Counted from the first letter of the whole stretch, positions 21,314-31,639 are shown. The stretch is DNA of 63,992 bases, filler included, from Limisphaerales bacterium (GCA_044225505.1; 3 parts of 3 records of this genome joined end to end with filler, not necessarily neighbours in it); one strand, 5' to 3'. Numbers and translations: made by a program. The notes: generated by a model not told the origin, from the letters alone.

Positions 21314-22672
21314 ATGGCTTGTGTCACCCGTTCCGTTATCCGATCGCTCGGTTACACCGCGTTGCTGGGCAGCGTCCTGATTTCCTCTCGAAGTGATGAC
21401 TGGCCGCAGTGGCTTGGACCCAAACGCGACGGTGTCTGGCGCGAATCGGGCATTCTGCAAACGTTTCCAGCGAAAGGCCCAACGATTCGCTGGCGCACGG
21501 TCATTGGCGCGGGATATAGCGGTCCCGCTGTCGCTCAAGGCAAAGTCTTCGTTGCTGATCGCCAACTCGCGACCGGCGCGGCTGCGCCGGCGAATCCATT
21601 TGACCGGAGCTCAATTCCAGGGATGGAACGTCTGCTTTGCTTGGATGAACGCGACGGGAGGGTGCTCTGGACCCACGCTTATGACTGTCCCTACACCATG
21701 AGTTACGCCGCCGGCCCACGCGTGACTCCGCTCGTGAGCGAAGGCAAAGTCTACATGCTCGGCGCAGAAGGTAACCTCTTCTGCCTGGCCGCGGATTCAG
21801 GAGCGGTGCGCTGGGAGCGCGACCTGAAAAAGGATTTCGGAACCAAGACGCCGTTGTGGGGATTTTCTGCATCCCCTCTTCTTGACGGTAATCGCCTGAT
21901 CTGTCTGGTGGGCGGAGAAGGAACCACTGTCGTGGCATTTGACAAGGAGACGGGCAAGGAACTGTGGCGCGCGCTTTCGGCCAAGGAACCGGGCTATGCA
22001 CCGCCCACTCTGATCAACGCTGGAGGTAAATCGCAACTGATCATTTGGAACCCCGAATCCGTGAATTCGCTCGATCCGGAAACAGGCAAAGTTTACTGGA
22101 CTCACCCCTTCCCTTCGAATGCCGGGTTATCCGTGGCGACGCCGCGGCAGCTAGGGGACATCCTATTCCTGACGACGTTTTATAACGGCTCGCTCGCCTT
22201 GCGCTTGGATCCGTCCAAACCGGCCGCCACTCCGATCTGGCGAAGCAAGAAAGTAAGCGAGCGGGACACCGACGGACTGCATAGTATCATTCCGACTCCT
22301 TTCCTCGAGGACGGCTACATCTATGGCGTGTGCAGCTATGGGCAGCTCCGCTGTTTGAAGGCCGAGACCGGAGATCGCCTCTGGGAAACGTTGCAAGCGA
22401 CAACGTCAGACGGCAAGGAAACACGTTGGGGGAATGCCTTTCTCGTCAAAAATGGAGACCGATTCTTCCTCTTCAACGAGAAAGGAGACCTGATCATCGC
22501 TCGCTTGACCCCCAAAGGTTACGAGGAGATCAGCCGCGCCCATCTGCTCGAACCGACGAATCGTGACGCGGGCCGAGACGTCGTCTGGACACATCCGGCC
22601 TTTGCCAACCGGTCCGTTTACGTCAGAAATGATCGCGAAATCATCTGTGCCGACTTAAATCAGACCCAATAA
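21314..22672 (+). CDS. PQQ-binding-like beta-propeller repeat protein
   Basis: DDWPQWLGPKRDG N-terminus, repeated LxCLDxxxGxxxW motifs, WTHPAFANR. Start is uncertain (21314 chosen). Confidence 0.85.
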   Translation: MACVTRSVIRSLGYTALLGSVLISSRSDDWPQWLGPKRDGVWRESGILQTFPAKGPTIRWRTVIGAGYSGPAVAQGKVFVADRQLATGAAAPANPFDRSSIPGMERLLCLDERDGRVLWTHAYDCPYTMSYAAGPRVTPLVSEGKVYMLGAEGNLFCLAADSGAVRWERDLKKDFGTKTPLWGFSASPLLDGNRLICLVGGEGTTVVAFDKETGKELWRALSAKEPGYAPPTLINAGGKSQLIIWNPESVNSLDPETGKVYWTHPFPSNAGLSVATPRQLGDILFLTTFYNGSLALRLDPSKPAATPIWRSKKVSERDTDGLHSIIPTPFLEDGYIYGVCSYGQLRCLKAETGDRLWETLQATTSDGKETRWGNAFLVKNGDRFFLFNEKGDLIIARLTPKGYEEISRAHLLEPTNRDAGRDVVWTHPAFANRSVYVRNDREIICADLNQTQ

Positions 22673-22690
22673 GACGGACCGCGCCCCATC

Positions 22691-22709
22691 TGTCCGCAAA
22701 TTGCGGACG
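22691..22709. promoter_or_regulatory. Intergenic palindrome, copy 2 (candidate operator)
   Basis: TGTCCGCAAATTGCGGACG, the reverse complement of 8710-8728. Confidence 0.45.
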
Positions 22710-23500
22710 AGCTCGTAAGTCGCAACGCCAGAACGAGATCGGGGACCGCGCAGAAGAGCGACATTCCACCACATCAGCGACTTGGGGCCGGTCCGTTCCC
22801 AAAACGGCTAGGCCACCGCGATTTGTTTCACACCCTGTCAACAATTTGTTACCAGCCTGCAGAAGGCGTAAACTGGGATGGTGCGGCAAGGATTTGAGTT
22901 GCACCGCCCCTCAACGCGCGCTTTAGCGGCGCAACGATATCCAAGAGCAATTGCTCCTGGCATGTGAGACATTTCGCTCGAGCAGGCGTTCTCAACCATT
23001 CCGTAAACGGCGACGAGTTCGTGGGGTTTGGGGTTTCGTGTCACCGAGGCAAACTTTTGCGGGGGAGGATCTTGGTGGATTTGCTAACGTTAACGAACGG
23101 GCTCGCGGGCGTTCTTGGGCTCGGCGTTTTCAGTATGGATGGAGAGGTGAGGACGGTTCTTTGCTGTTTTCAGTAGAGTGGGATCCCTGATAAGGCAACG
23201 GTTAAGTCTCTCGCCCGCGTGTCCTAGCCAAGAGGGACATGCCGGAGGCATGAATGAAAATAGGTCGGGCGCTTTAGCGCCGAGACCCAGCGAGGCGTCG
23301 GATGATTACAGTGATTTCAGGAACGATACCGATGCCGATAGCGACCCCGACTCCGAACGCAGCCGGAAATGAGCGCTAACCCGGCAGTGAACCGAGCAGC
23401 GGCGAGGCAGCGCTCCAAGATTCGGCTCGTCGCGGACGCCGCTGTCGTTCGCTTTCGTCGTTCGGTCCAACTCCACGCGGATGTCGCTTGATGCACAAAT

Positions 23501-23892
23501 CACCATCAAAGAGAGGATCGGGTGGAAGCGCATATTTTCGTGGCATTCCTCGCGTATTGCTTGCACGTGACCTTGCGTCGATGGCTGCGTGATCTGGCCC
23601 CGGGCTGACGCCGCGATCGGTGTTGGAAAAATTTGCGGCGGTGCAAATGATCGACGTGCATCTGCCAACGACCGATGGCCGTCACGTGATCCTGCCGCGC
23701 TGCACCCAATCGGAGAAGGAACTTCAAGTCTTACTCGATCAGATGAAACTCACGCTACCGGAGCAACCACCTCCGCGCATCACCGGATCGGGCAAACTGG
23801 TCCATGAGTCCGTGGAGTGCAGACCTTTTCGATGGCCGGACTGATTACCAACTACTTACCCATCCGCCCCACCCCGAATAGTGGAAGTTAGG
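23501..23892 (+). mobile_element. IS1634-family transposase C-terminal remnant with right end
   Basis: HHQREDRVEAHIFVAFLAYCLHVTL / LTPRSVLEKFAAVQMIDVHLPTTDGR...LPEQPPPRI across a frameshift; ends ...GGAAGTTAGG. Confidence 0.75.
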
Positions 23893-23999
23893 TTTGGCAG
23901 CTTCCTGCCGGAACGGCGTGGATCAAATGGGTAACCATTAGACCTATTCATTTCCGCGTATTCTGCGTATTCCGCGGTTCATTCCGGGCGGACGCTCGG

Positions 24000-24099
24000 N
24001 NNNNNNNNNNNNNNNNNNNNNNNNNNNNNNNNNNNNNNNNNNNTTAATTAATTAANNNNNNNNNNNNNNNNNNNNNNNNNNNNNNNNNNNNNNNNNNNN
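24000..24099. other. Assembly gap / contig linker
   Basis: N-run containing TTAATTAATTAA. Confidence 0.99.
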
Positions 24100-24100
24100 C

Positions 24101-24691
24101 GATCATCTCGCGCATCACGACTTCGTTTTCAGCCGCGATCCGCACGAGGAGTTCGAGTGGATCTATAAAAGGGGCGAGCCCGCACCCGATCCAACCTGCT
24201 ACCTCGCCGCGACCTCGTGTAGCGAACCAGGCACCGCCCCTGCAGGCGGCGAAGCACTCTACGTCCTCGTCCACACGTCTTATCTGCGGCCGCATCACGA
24301 CTGGAAGAAGATGCTCCCGGCGTATCGCAAGACGATCATCGAGAAGCTCAAGACGACCGGTCAGATGCCGGACATCGAACAGCGCATCGTCTTCGAACGC
24401 ACGCTCACGCCGCAAGACATCCACGACCGCTATCACGTCTTAAACGGTGCCATTTACGGCCTCGCTAGCCACGGGAAATTTCTCGGTGCCTTCAAGCCTG
24501 GCAATCGTTCGCCCGACCTGCGCGGCCTTTACCTCGCGGGCGGCGCGGCCCATCCCGGCCCTGGTATGCCGATGGTGCTGATGAGCGGTTGGATTGCTGC
24601 TGATACGCTGGACAAGGACGGAGTGGCGGAGCGCGCCGACTTCGTAGAGCGAGTCTCGGGACCAGGCGCGCGAGAGTTGGTCTCCATCTGA
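24101..24691 (+). CDS. Phytoene desaturase (CrtI/CrtN-family) C-terminal part, 5' lost in gap
   Basis: Open frame from the gap with LTPQDIHDRYHVLNGAIYG...GLYLAGGAAHPGPGMPMVLMSG. Confidence 0.85.
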   Translation, partial: DHLAHHDFVFSRDPHEEFEWIYKRGEPAPDPTCYLAATSCSEPGTAPAGGEALYVLVHTSYLRPHHDWKKMLPAYRKTIIEKLKTTGQMPDIEQRIVFERTLTPQDIHDRYHVLNGAIYGLASHGKFLGAFKPGNRSPDLRGLYLAGGAAHPGPGMPMVLMSGWIAADTLDKDGVAERADFVERVSGPGARELVSI

Positions 24692-24885
24692 AATAGCAAG
24701 GACATTCCGTTTCATCAGCTCGGCCGCTCGGCCTGCAGCCGAATCGCAGCCGGGCTTCTTCTGACTTTGTGCCGAGACGAAGCGGACGCTCTGATGACGG
24801 AGCCGAGAGGAATCATGGCTGGAGATCGAATGGCTGGAGGCCATACGTAAGAAACTCGAGCGATGACGCTCAACCTGAGCTCATT

Positions 24886-25398
24886 CTATCTTGAGCAGGC
24901 CACCGGCTGCACCAACGTTGCGCCCAGTTGCAGGGACGTTGCCGCCCACTTCCAGTCGCCGCCCCCGGGTCCACCAGTGAGGGCAAGCATTTCGCAGAGC
25001 ACCCGGAGTCGGGCGGACTTGGAAATCTCGAACTTCTGAGTAAATGTCTTGACGTCCCCACCGACTGATTGATCGACCAGAACCGTAAAATCCAACGCCA
25101 ACTGGGTGGAAGTGTCCCGGCAGCTTCCGTGAAGGCGGGACAATTCGTAGAGGCATACGTTGTTTGCATCGGATCCGGCGGCATCAAACACGACACCGTA
25201 GTTCTCGTCCGCCGCCGACAATCCCGCCAGGTCGAGTAAATCGGCCACTTCCAGTTTCCAGTGTTCCGCGCCGACGGCGCCGAGCTTTTGAACCTGCCGG
25301 GCGATCAAACCGCCGCGCCCTCCGAGTTTTAGGGACTGGTCCTTTTCGTAAAGAACCGTGCTCGCGCAATACGTTTTCTTATAAAGGAGGAAGGCCAT
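24886..25398 (-). CDS. Hypothetical protein, last gene of the nif operon
   Basis: 170 aa ORF whose start overlaps the nifV 3' end by 20 nt; no motif recognised. Confidence 0.7.
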   Translation of the reverse strand: MAFLLYKKTYCASTVLYEKDQSLKLGGRGGLIARQVQKLGAVGAEHWKLEVADLLDLAGLSAADENYGVVFDAAGSDANNVCLYELSRLHGSCRDTSTQLALDFTVLVDQSVGGDVKTFTQKFEISKSARLRVLCEMLALTGGPGGGDWKWAATSLQLGATLVQPVACSR

Positions 25399-26527
25399 GG
25401 TGTTTTCTGAGATCGCCGGCCAGAGATTGAAGGTTCGCGTCCGAGATGGAGCGTTTGAGAACGGCCGCGCAGTGCTGGACGGTCTCCAGCAGCGCCGGCA
25501 GCAACGGAGGGGGCAACTCGATGTTCAGGCGCTCCAGCTTTTCCCGGAGCAGTCGGGTGCTGGAGTGCCGGCCCAACAACATTTCGGTGGGCGAGTGGCC
25601 GACGGTCTCGGCCGGGAAGGGTTCATACGTGTCAGGGGATTGGAGAAGACCGCTGCAGTGAATCCCCGATTCGTGACGGAAGATGGCGTGGCCAGTGACA
25701 GGTTTCTCCGGCGCCAGAGGACGTCCGGAAGCAAGGGCAACCAGGCGGCTGAGCGAGGAGAGCTGTCTGGCATCGACGCCGGGTTCGACTCGCAACGTCA
25801 ATTTTGCGGCCATGACCACCTCGTCCAGAGCCGCGTTGCCGGCACGCTCGCCGAGTCCATTTACCGTGACGCTGGCGGCGTCGGCGCCGGAGCCAAGGGC
25901 CGCGATCGTGTTGGCCGTTGCCATCCCAAGATCATTGTGTCCGTGGAATTCCAAGGGCAATCCAGGCACCCCCGAGCGAAGGGCGACAAAGAGCTCCGAG
26001 GTTTGCAACGGATTGAGCATACCGACGGTGTCAGCGATTCTTAGGCGATCCAGCCCAGCTACCTCCGCTTGCTGAGCGAAATCGATCAGAAACGAACGAT
26101 CCGCCCGGGAGGCGTCCTGGGCGCCAACCGACAAGAACTGGAAGTTCCCGCGAAACTCTCCGGCCAATTCGGCCAGCGTCTGCAAAACCCAGTCTCGGGT
26201 CTTTTTCCAAGCCCGGAGATGGATCTCAGAAACGGGCAAGGAAAAATGCGCGCCATGAACCCGGCACTGGGTGGCGGCCTTCAAGTCTCGCCGGGTGGCG
26301 CGGGACCAGGTCGTGAGCCGAATGCCGGTGACCCGGTCGCTGACGGCGTTGATATCGTCTATCTCTGACTGGCCCATGGCGGGGATCCCAATCTCGAGTT
26401 CGGGCAACCGGGCTTGGGCCAAAGCGACGGCGATGGCAATTTTCTCGGTCCGCGAGAATGCCACGCCCGCGGCCTGTTCGCCGTCACGCAGGGTGGTATC
26501 AATGAGATGGACGGCGCGTGGGTTCAA
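25379..26527 (-). CDS. nifV: Homocitrate synthase
   Basis: [33 protein letters not shown]; nif context. Confidence 0.93.
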   Translation of the reverse strand: MNPRAVHLIDTTLRDGEQAAGVAFSRTEKIAIAVALAQARLPELEIGIPAMGQSEIDDINAVSDRVTGIRLTTWSRATRRDLKAATQCRVHGAHFSLPVSEIHLRAWKKTRDWVLQTLAELAGEFRGNFQFLSVGAQDASRADRSFLIDFAQQAEVAGLDRLRIADTVGMLNPLQTSELFVALRSGVPGLPLEFHGHNDLGMATANTIAALGSGADAASVTVNGLGERAGNAALDEVVMAAKLTLRVEPGVDARQLSSLSRLVALASGRPLAPEKPVTGHAIFRHESGIHCSGLLQSPDTYEPFPAETVGHSPTEMLLGRHSSTRLLREKLERLNIELPPPLLPALLETVQHCAAVLKRSISDANLQSLAGDLRKHHGLPPL

Positions 26528-26829
26528 GCAAACAGGGTGGCGGGCGGGAGAGCGGCCTTTTCTTCCAAACTGTCCAGAATCGCCTCAGCCGTCTCGAGGG
26601 TGGCATGTTGGTACCACAAATTCTCGGGGTAGACGACGATGACCGGCCCACTGTCGCACAGGTTCAGGCATCCGGTGCTGGAAATCATCACGTCAGCGAG
26701 ACCGCGATCCTGCGCTTCGATAGTGAGGTGTTGGAGGAGGCGAGAGGATTCCTTTTTATGACAGACACCGGCGGCACCGGCGGGGCGGTAACTACCGCAC
26801 ACGAAGATATGATGACTGGGTTTGCTCAT
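26524..26829 (-). CDS. Thioredoxin-like [2Fe-2S] ferredoxin
   Basis: HHIFVC...GVC...[21 protein letters not shown]. Confidence 0.9.
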   Translation of the reverse strand: MSKPSHHIFVCGSYRPAGAAGVCHKKESSRLLQHLTIEAQDRGLADVMISSTGCLNLCDSGPVIVVYPENLWYQHATLETAEAILDSLEEKAALPPATLFA

Positions 26830-26873
26830 GGATATGGGGGGATGGGTGGAACTGCGGAACCGACTCCGTCCGA

Positions 26874-27107
26874 TCAAGTCTCGATGGAGTCGCTGGATAG
26901 GATTTGGGTTATGTAACGGTCTGGATTGAGAAGAGCGCCGGCGCAGGTCGCTTCGCGGACTTTGACGAGGAGTTTGTCGGACCAGGCTTCTTCTTCGACC
27001 TGCTCGCGAATGAACCAGTGGAGCAGGACGTGGGCGGGATAATCCCGGGCGGCCTGCAGTTCGTGGTTCGCCTGCTTTTCCACATAGAGGATCAGTTCGG
27101 GTGACAT
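26874..27107 (-). pseudogene. Ferritin with large in-frame internal deletion
   Basis: The helix-A motif QANHEL is joined directly to the helix-D motif DYPA..LLHWFIREQVEEE. Only 77 aa, against roughly 165 aa for a typical ferritin. Confidence 0.7.
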
Positions 27108-27129
27108 AGAGATGCTGGAGTCATTGTTC

Positions 27130-28458
27130 CTAGCCGCAGCCCGTGCCCGTGCCTTTGCAGGTCACGCCCGCGCCGCAACTGGTGAAGCGCCGTTTCATGG
27201 CGGTCGGAATGGGTTGATTTGCGTAAATAGCGCTCAAGCCCTCATCAATTACCCCCTCCATTTCTGACACTCGCAGGCCGTGTTGGGTAAGAATTCTCAT
27301 CGGAGTCGGGCCTGCGGCACTGACGAGAAGCGCGCGGCAGTCTTTCAAGGTGGCAGCCAGCGTGGCCCAGCGCGCGTCGCCGCCGCCCTCGGACGGAGCG
27401 GGACGAATTTCGCGCAAGTGAAACCCCTCAGAGAGATCGGAATTCTTTTCAAAGATCAGGAAGCGGTCAGCTTCGCCGAGATGCTGGTTGACCAACGCGC
27501 CTTCCATGGTGGCTACGGCGACATAGGGTCGTGTCTCATCCTGGGCCGGATCCAAGCTCGCGCTGGCATAGTGTTTTAGGGCGTCCTGCTGTTCGGTGGT
27601 CATGCTCTCACCGACGAATCCAACCGCATCCGCCCGGCATCGGGCGCAGTGAGTCATTTGCGGCAGCAACTGCCCGCACTGCAGGCGGAGTCGTGCCGTG
27701 GTGAGTGTATCCGGGGGAGGGACCTCCTCAAAAGCCGTACCTTTGACCGGGACGAGCGGCATGAGGTTCATGATGTCCGCACCCAAGGTGGACACTTTTT
27801 GTGCGATATCGGGAATATGGTCATCGTTGACGCCGGGCATGATGATGGTGTTGACCTTTACGGTGATTCCGCGCGCCTTGAGTTTGACCAACGCTTCCAT
27901 TTGGCGGGCACCCAGGAGGGCCGCGCCCTCGGTCCCGCGCAAGGGTCGTTTGCCGTCCCGGATCCAAGCGTAGATTTCAGCTCCGATTTCTGGATCGATG
28001 GCATTGATGGTCAGCGTGACATGGCTGACCTGGAGTTCGGCCATTTCATCGACGTAGGGCGCTACGTTCAACCCGTTGGTGGCGACGCAGAGCAACAATC
28101 TAGGAAAGTGTTTTCGAGTCAGGCGCAGCGTTTGCATGGTCTCCTCGGGATTAGCAAAGGGATCTCCAGGGCCGGCTATTCCCATGACGGCGATTTCTGG
28201 CTGCTTCACCATCACATCTCGCAAGTAGGCGAGCGCCTGTGGCGGGGTGAGTACCGAGCTGGTCACGCCAGGGCGGCTTTCGTTCATGCAATCGTATTTG
28301 CGATTGCAGAAATTGCACTGAATGTTGCAGCGTGGCGCCACTGGCAAGTGGACCCGCCCGTGCTTCTGGTGCGCATCTTTGCTGAAGCAAGGATGATTCT
28401 TGAATTCCAGGGGCAGGGAAGTCGAGGGGCCGAAAGCCAAGTCAACGTCTGGGTTCAT
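27130..28458 (-). CDS. nifB: FeMo-cofactor biosynthesis radical SAM protein NifB with C-terminal NifX-like domain
   Basis: HPCF, CNIQCNFC, ESRPGV, AGPGDP, HCARCRADA, VNQHLGEA. Confidence 0.96.
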   Translation of the reverse strand: MNPDVDLAFGPSTSLPLEFKNHPCFSKDAHQKHGRVHLPVAPRCNIQCNFCNRKYDCMNESRPGVTSSVLTPPQALAYLRDVMVKQPEIAVMGIAGPGDPFANPEETMQTLRLTRKHFPRLLLCVATNGLNVAPYVDEMAELQVSHVTLTINAIDPEIGAEIYAWIRDGKRPLRGTEGAALLGARQMEALVKLKARGITVKVNTIIMPGVNDDHIPDIAQKVSTLGADIMNLMPLVPVKGTAFEEVPPPDTLTTARLRLQCGQLLPQMTHCARCRADAVGFVGESMTTEQQDALKHYASASLDPAQDETRPYVAVATMEGALVNQHLGEADRFLIFEKNSDLSEGFHLREIRPAPSEGGGDARWATLAATLKDCRALLVSAAGPTPMRILTQHGLRVSEMEGVIDEGLSAIYANQPIPTAMKRRFTSCGAGVTCKGTGTGCG

Positions 28459-29972
28459 AGGTAGCTATAGCCGACGGGAGATTGTTCCTGTTTCACTTCA
28501 AGAAGAGCGTTAACGATCCGGTCATAGAGTTCTTGCGCCCCGCGGTAGCCCAGGTGCAGGACCCGCTGGCCTCCGATGCGATCGTGAATAGGGAATCCCA
28601 CTCGAATCAGAGGCACCTTCAGCCGCCGCGCGATCGAGTATCCTTTGCTGCTGCCGATGAGAAAGTCCGGCTTGAGGTCGGGTGCTGCTTCGGCAATTTC
28701 CGCAAAATCAAACCCCTCCCTGGCCAGCACTTCGCCCGGGAGCTCCGGAGCAGCCGCGCGGAGCGATTCGTGGAACCGCCCGCTCCGGCCGCCCGTGGCG
28801 CATAAGACCGGGGTCACGCCGATTTCGCAGAGCAGTGAGGTCAAGCCAATGACCAGGTCTTCTTCTCCGAAAACGATGGCCCGCTTTTCAAAGGCATACT
28901 TGTGCCCGTCGATCAGACTGTCTACCAGCCGCCCGCGTTCTCGCTGGTACTTGTCGGGTAGGTCGCAGCCGGCTATTTCGCCGAGGGCGTTGAAGAAGGC
29001 ATCGCTCTCGCGAATGCCCAACGGAAGGCCGAGCAACTGGCGAGGAATGGACCACTTGTTCTGCAGCACCGTCCCGGCAGTGTTGATGCCCTGGAGCACG
29101 CGGCCAAACTCGATCGTGCCCCGGGCGGAGCCGAGTGCGTGGATTTTGGCGATCGGCGTGCCGCCGCATTGCAGTTTTTCGTATTCGGACCAGGTGGCGC
29201 CGTCCATGGTCTCGGAGTAGTCAGGCAGGAGCGTGAAGGGCAACCCAAAGTCGGCCAGGATTTCCTTCAGATGCCGCAAGTCCGCGGTGGAAACCATGCC
29301 CGGGAATATGGCCAGATGGTTTCCAGAAGGAGACTGGCGCTCGGCGAGCTGTTCGACCAGCTCGCGGACGGCGGAATGAAAACCGTCAATATGCGTTCCC
29401 CGGTAACTGGGGGTGGAAACATGGACCATGGGAGCCGTGGCGTTGGCGCCGTGCTGTTCCCTGAAGGACTGCATGAGTTGCCCAAGGTCCTCGCCGATTG
29501 TTTCCGCCAGGCACGTGGTGGCCGCACCGATGAGCTGCGGTTGGTACTGCCGGGTGATGTTCAAGGCCGCTTGCGAAAAATTCTTGCGGCCGCCGAAGAT
29601 GGCGCTCTCCTCGTGAAAATTTGAGGAGGCAATGTCGATCGGTTCTCGAAAGTGGCTGATGAGATAACGGCGGATATACGTGGAGCAACCTTGGGAGCCG
29701 TGCAGGAACGGAATGCAACCTTCCACCCCGCGAAAAGCCAGGCACGCTCCCAGGGGCGTGCAGAGCTTGCAGGCGTTGCGGGTGGAGGTGAAATGCTTCG
29801 ACCGTGGTTCCTCGCAATCATCGCCCCGGATCGGGTCGTCAACGGCGGCACGCGATTGGCTGGCGGAGGGGCAGCCATTCAGACCTTGGCAATCCGCCGG
29901 ATGGGCACAGCCGTCGGTGCAATCAGCCGCCTCGGGCGAAGATTCGTGAATGTTTGTTTTCAACACGGCCAT
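28455..29972 (-). CDS. nifN: Nitrogenase cofactor scaffold NifN
   Basis: TRNACKLCTPLGA, HGSQGCSTY, TTCLAETIGED, GFPIHDR; located between nifE and nifB. Confidence 0.9.
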   Translation of the reverse strand: MAVLKTNIHESSPEAADCTDGCAHPADCQGLNGCPSASQSRAAVDDPIRGDDCEEPRSKHFTSTRNACKLCTPLGACLAFRGVEGCIPFLHGSQGCSTYIRRYLISHFREPIDIASSNFHEESAIFGGRKNFSQAALNITRQYQPQLIGAATTCLAETIGEDLGQLMQSFREQHGANATAPMVHVSTPSYRGTHIDGFHSAVRELVEQLAERQSPSGNHLAIFPGMVSTADLRHLKEILADFGLPFTLLPDYSETMDGATWSEYEKLQCGGTPIAKIHALGSARGTIEFGRVLQGINTAGTVLQNKWSIPRQLLGLPLGIRESDAFFNALGEIAGCDLPDKYQRERGRLVDSLIDGHKYAFEKRAIVFGEEDLVIGLTSLLCEIGVTPVLCATGGRSGRFHESLRAAAPELPGEVLAREGFDFAEIAEAAPDLKPDFLIGSSKGYSIARRLKVPLIRVGFPIHDRIGGQRVLHLGYRGAQELYDRIVNALLEVKQEQSPVGYSYL

Positions 29973-29981
29973 TGCTCTCTT

Positions 29982-29998
29982 TGCAATCGGGATGCCAA
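29982..29998 (-). promoter_or_regulatory. sigma54 (-24/-12) promoter of nifN
   Basis: TTGGCAT-CCCGA-TTGCA on the minus strand. Confidence 0.75.
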
Positions 29999-30215
29999 TT
30001 GGACTCGGACCGGAATGGCTTCCCAGGCCAAGCCGCAACCCCAATAAAAATGGGATATAATCCGGGCGACGCTTGATTCCAGGGGCTCTGCGAGCGGAGG
30101 GTGAAGGCGACATTTGCGTAGGTTTCGATTCGGAAGCCACCGAAAGGTAGGAGCTTGGGCCGGGACCGGGGTAGTTGGGGCGGTCGAACGCGCCAGGTTG
30201 GGCGGCGAGTTGGGG

Positions 30216-30245
30216 AAAAGACCCGGAGGGGAAGAGTCCCCGGGA
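30216..30245 (-). terminator. Putative intrinsic terminator after nifE
   Basis: CCCGGGGACTCTTCCCCTCCGGG-TCTTTT, 14 nt after the nifE stop. Confidence 0.45.
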
Positions 30246-30259
30246 GTACCGTTTGCGTT

Positions 30260-31639
30260 CTACCGGTCCGTCCGGTTCCGGTTCGCTCGGCGGGGCGCGA
30301 ATTGCCAGACGGGGCTGGACACGCTCGCGTAGACTTCCCTGGCAAAATTCAACATGCCGATGTAGCCCGCGAGAGGTTCCTTCCGCTCGTGGTTATGATC
30401 GCAGAATCCGATGCCGAGTTTGTAGGCAATTGGGCGTTCCTTGACGCCCCCAATAAAGAGGTCCACATCCTTTTCTAAACAGAACTTCGCCAGTTCGAGC
30501 GGATTTGAGTCGTCTAGGATGATCGTGCCTGGATCCGCCATTTCCTGGAGTTGACGGTAATCCTCTGGGTCGCCCGTTTGCGAACCGACGATGACGGTTT
30601 TCATGCCGATAAGGCGCAAGGCGCGCATCAGCGAAAAAGCCTTGAAAGAGCCCCCGACGTAGATCGCCACCTTTTTGCCGGACAGCTTTCGCTTAAAACG
30701 CAACAGTTCCGGGTAAATGGCGGCAACCTCGTCGCGGACGAGGCTCTGTGCCCGGGCGAGGATTTCCGGTGCGTCGGAGAAGTGCTTGGCGGCGTCGTAG
30801 AGGGCTGCGCTCATATCCTCGATGCCGAAATAGGAAACGCGCTTGAAGGGAATGCCGTAATCCCGCTCCATCATCTTGGCGAGGCTGGTCATCGACCCGG
30901 AGCATTGGACCAAATTCAATTTCGCGCCGTGGGCGCGTCGGATCTCGTCGATCCTGGAATCGCCGGTGAGGCAGGAAACGACCTCGATGCCTATCTTCCG
31001 GTAGTAATCCCGCAGGACCCATGTTTCCCCCGCGAGGTTGAATTCGCCCAGAATGTTAATGCTATGAGGACGGATCGCCGACGTGTCGCCGGTGCCAATC
31101 AGTTGATAAACCGCATCGCAGGCCGCGCGATAACCATCCTTTTTTGTGCCTTTGAAACCCTCCGAATGCACCCCGATCACGGGGATCTTGGTTCTTTCGG
31201 AAACGCGTCGGCAGACCGCGCTGACGTCATCGCCAATCAGCCCGACGATGCAGGTGGAATAGACGAAGGCGGCCTTGGGTCGGTGATGGCCGATTAATTC
31301 CAGGAGCCCTGCTTCGAGCTTCTTTTCCCCGCCGAAGATCACGTCCATTTCCTGGAGGTCGGTGGAAAAGCTGTTCCGGTGCAACTCGGGCCCACTCGAG
31401 AGAGCGCCCCGGATGTCCCAGGTGTAAGCGGCGCAGCCGACCGGGCCGTGCACAATATGGAGTGCGTCGGCAATGGGGTAGAGGACCACCCGCGACCCGC
31501 AAAAAACACAGGCGCGCTGGCTGACCGAACCGGCGACACTGGCCTTTTCGCAGGCCATCTCGGCCGGTTGGCTGTCACCGGTTTGGAGGACCTGCTTCTC
31601 GCGACCGGGGAGCAGGTCGATCACGCCGACCTCTCGCAT
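30260..31639 (-). CDS. nifE: Nitrogenase cofactor scaffold NifE
   Basis: SQRACVFCGS, HGPVGCAAYTWDIRG, STCIVGLIGDD, LVQCSGS. Confidence 0.95.
   Translation of the reverse strand: MREVGVIDLLPGREKQVLQTGDSQPAEMACEKASVAGSVSQRACVFCGSRVVLYPIADALHIVHGPVGCAAYTWDIRGALSSGPELHRNSFSTDLQEMDVIFGGEKKLEAGLLELIGHHRPKAAFVYSTCIVGLIGDDVSAVCRRVSERTKIPVIGVHSEGFKGTKKDGYRAACDAVYQLIGTGDTSAIRPHSINILGEFNLAGETWVLRDYYRKIGIEVVSCLTGDSRIDEIRRAHGAKLNLVQCSGSMTSLAKMMERDYGIPFKRVSYFGIEDMSAALYDAAKHFSDAPEILARAQSLVRDEVAAIYPELLRFKRKLSGKKVAIYVGGSFKAFSLMRALRLIGMKTVIVGSQTGDPEDYRQLQEMADPGTIILDDSNPLELAKFCLEKDVDLFIGGVKERPIAYKLGIGFCDHNHERKEPLAGYIGMLNFAREVYASVSSPVWQFAPRRANRNRTDR

Noticed and set aside
22720..23500. Short ORFs in the spacer before the IS1634 remnant
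   Set aside because: No recognisable motifs or consistent frame; probably decayed DNA.
24044..24055. TTAATTAATTAA inside N-runs (also 43785-43796)
   Set aside because: Artificial six-frame stop linker between contigs, not biological.
24692..24885. att site or direct repeat bounding the nif cluster
   Set aside because: No matching repeat seen at 39700-39930 and no integrase present.
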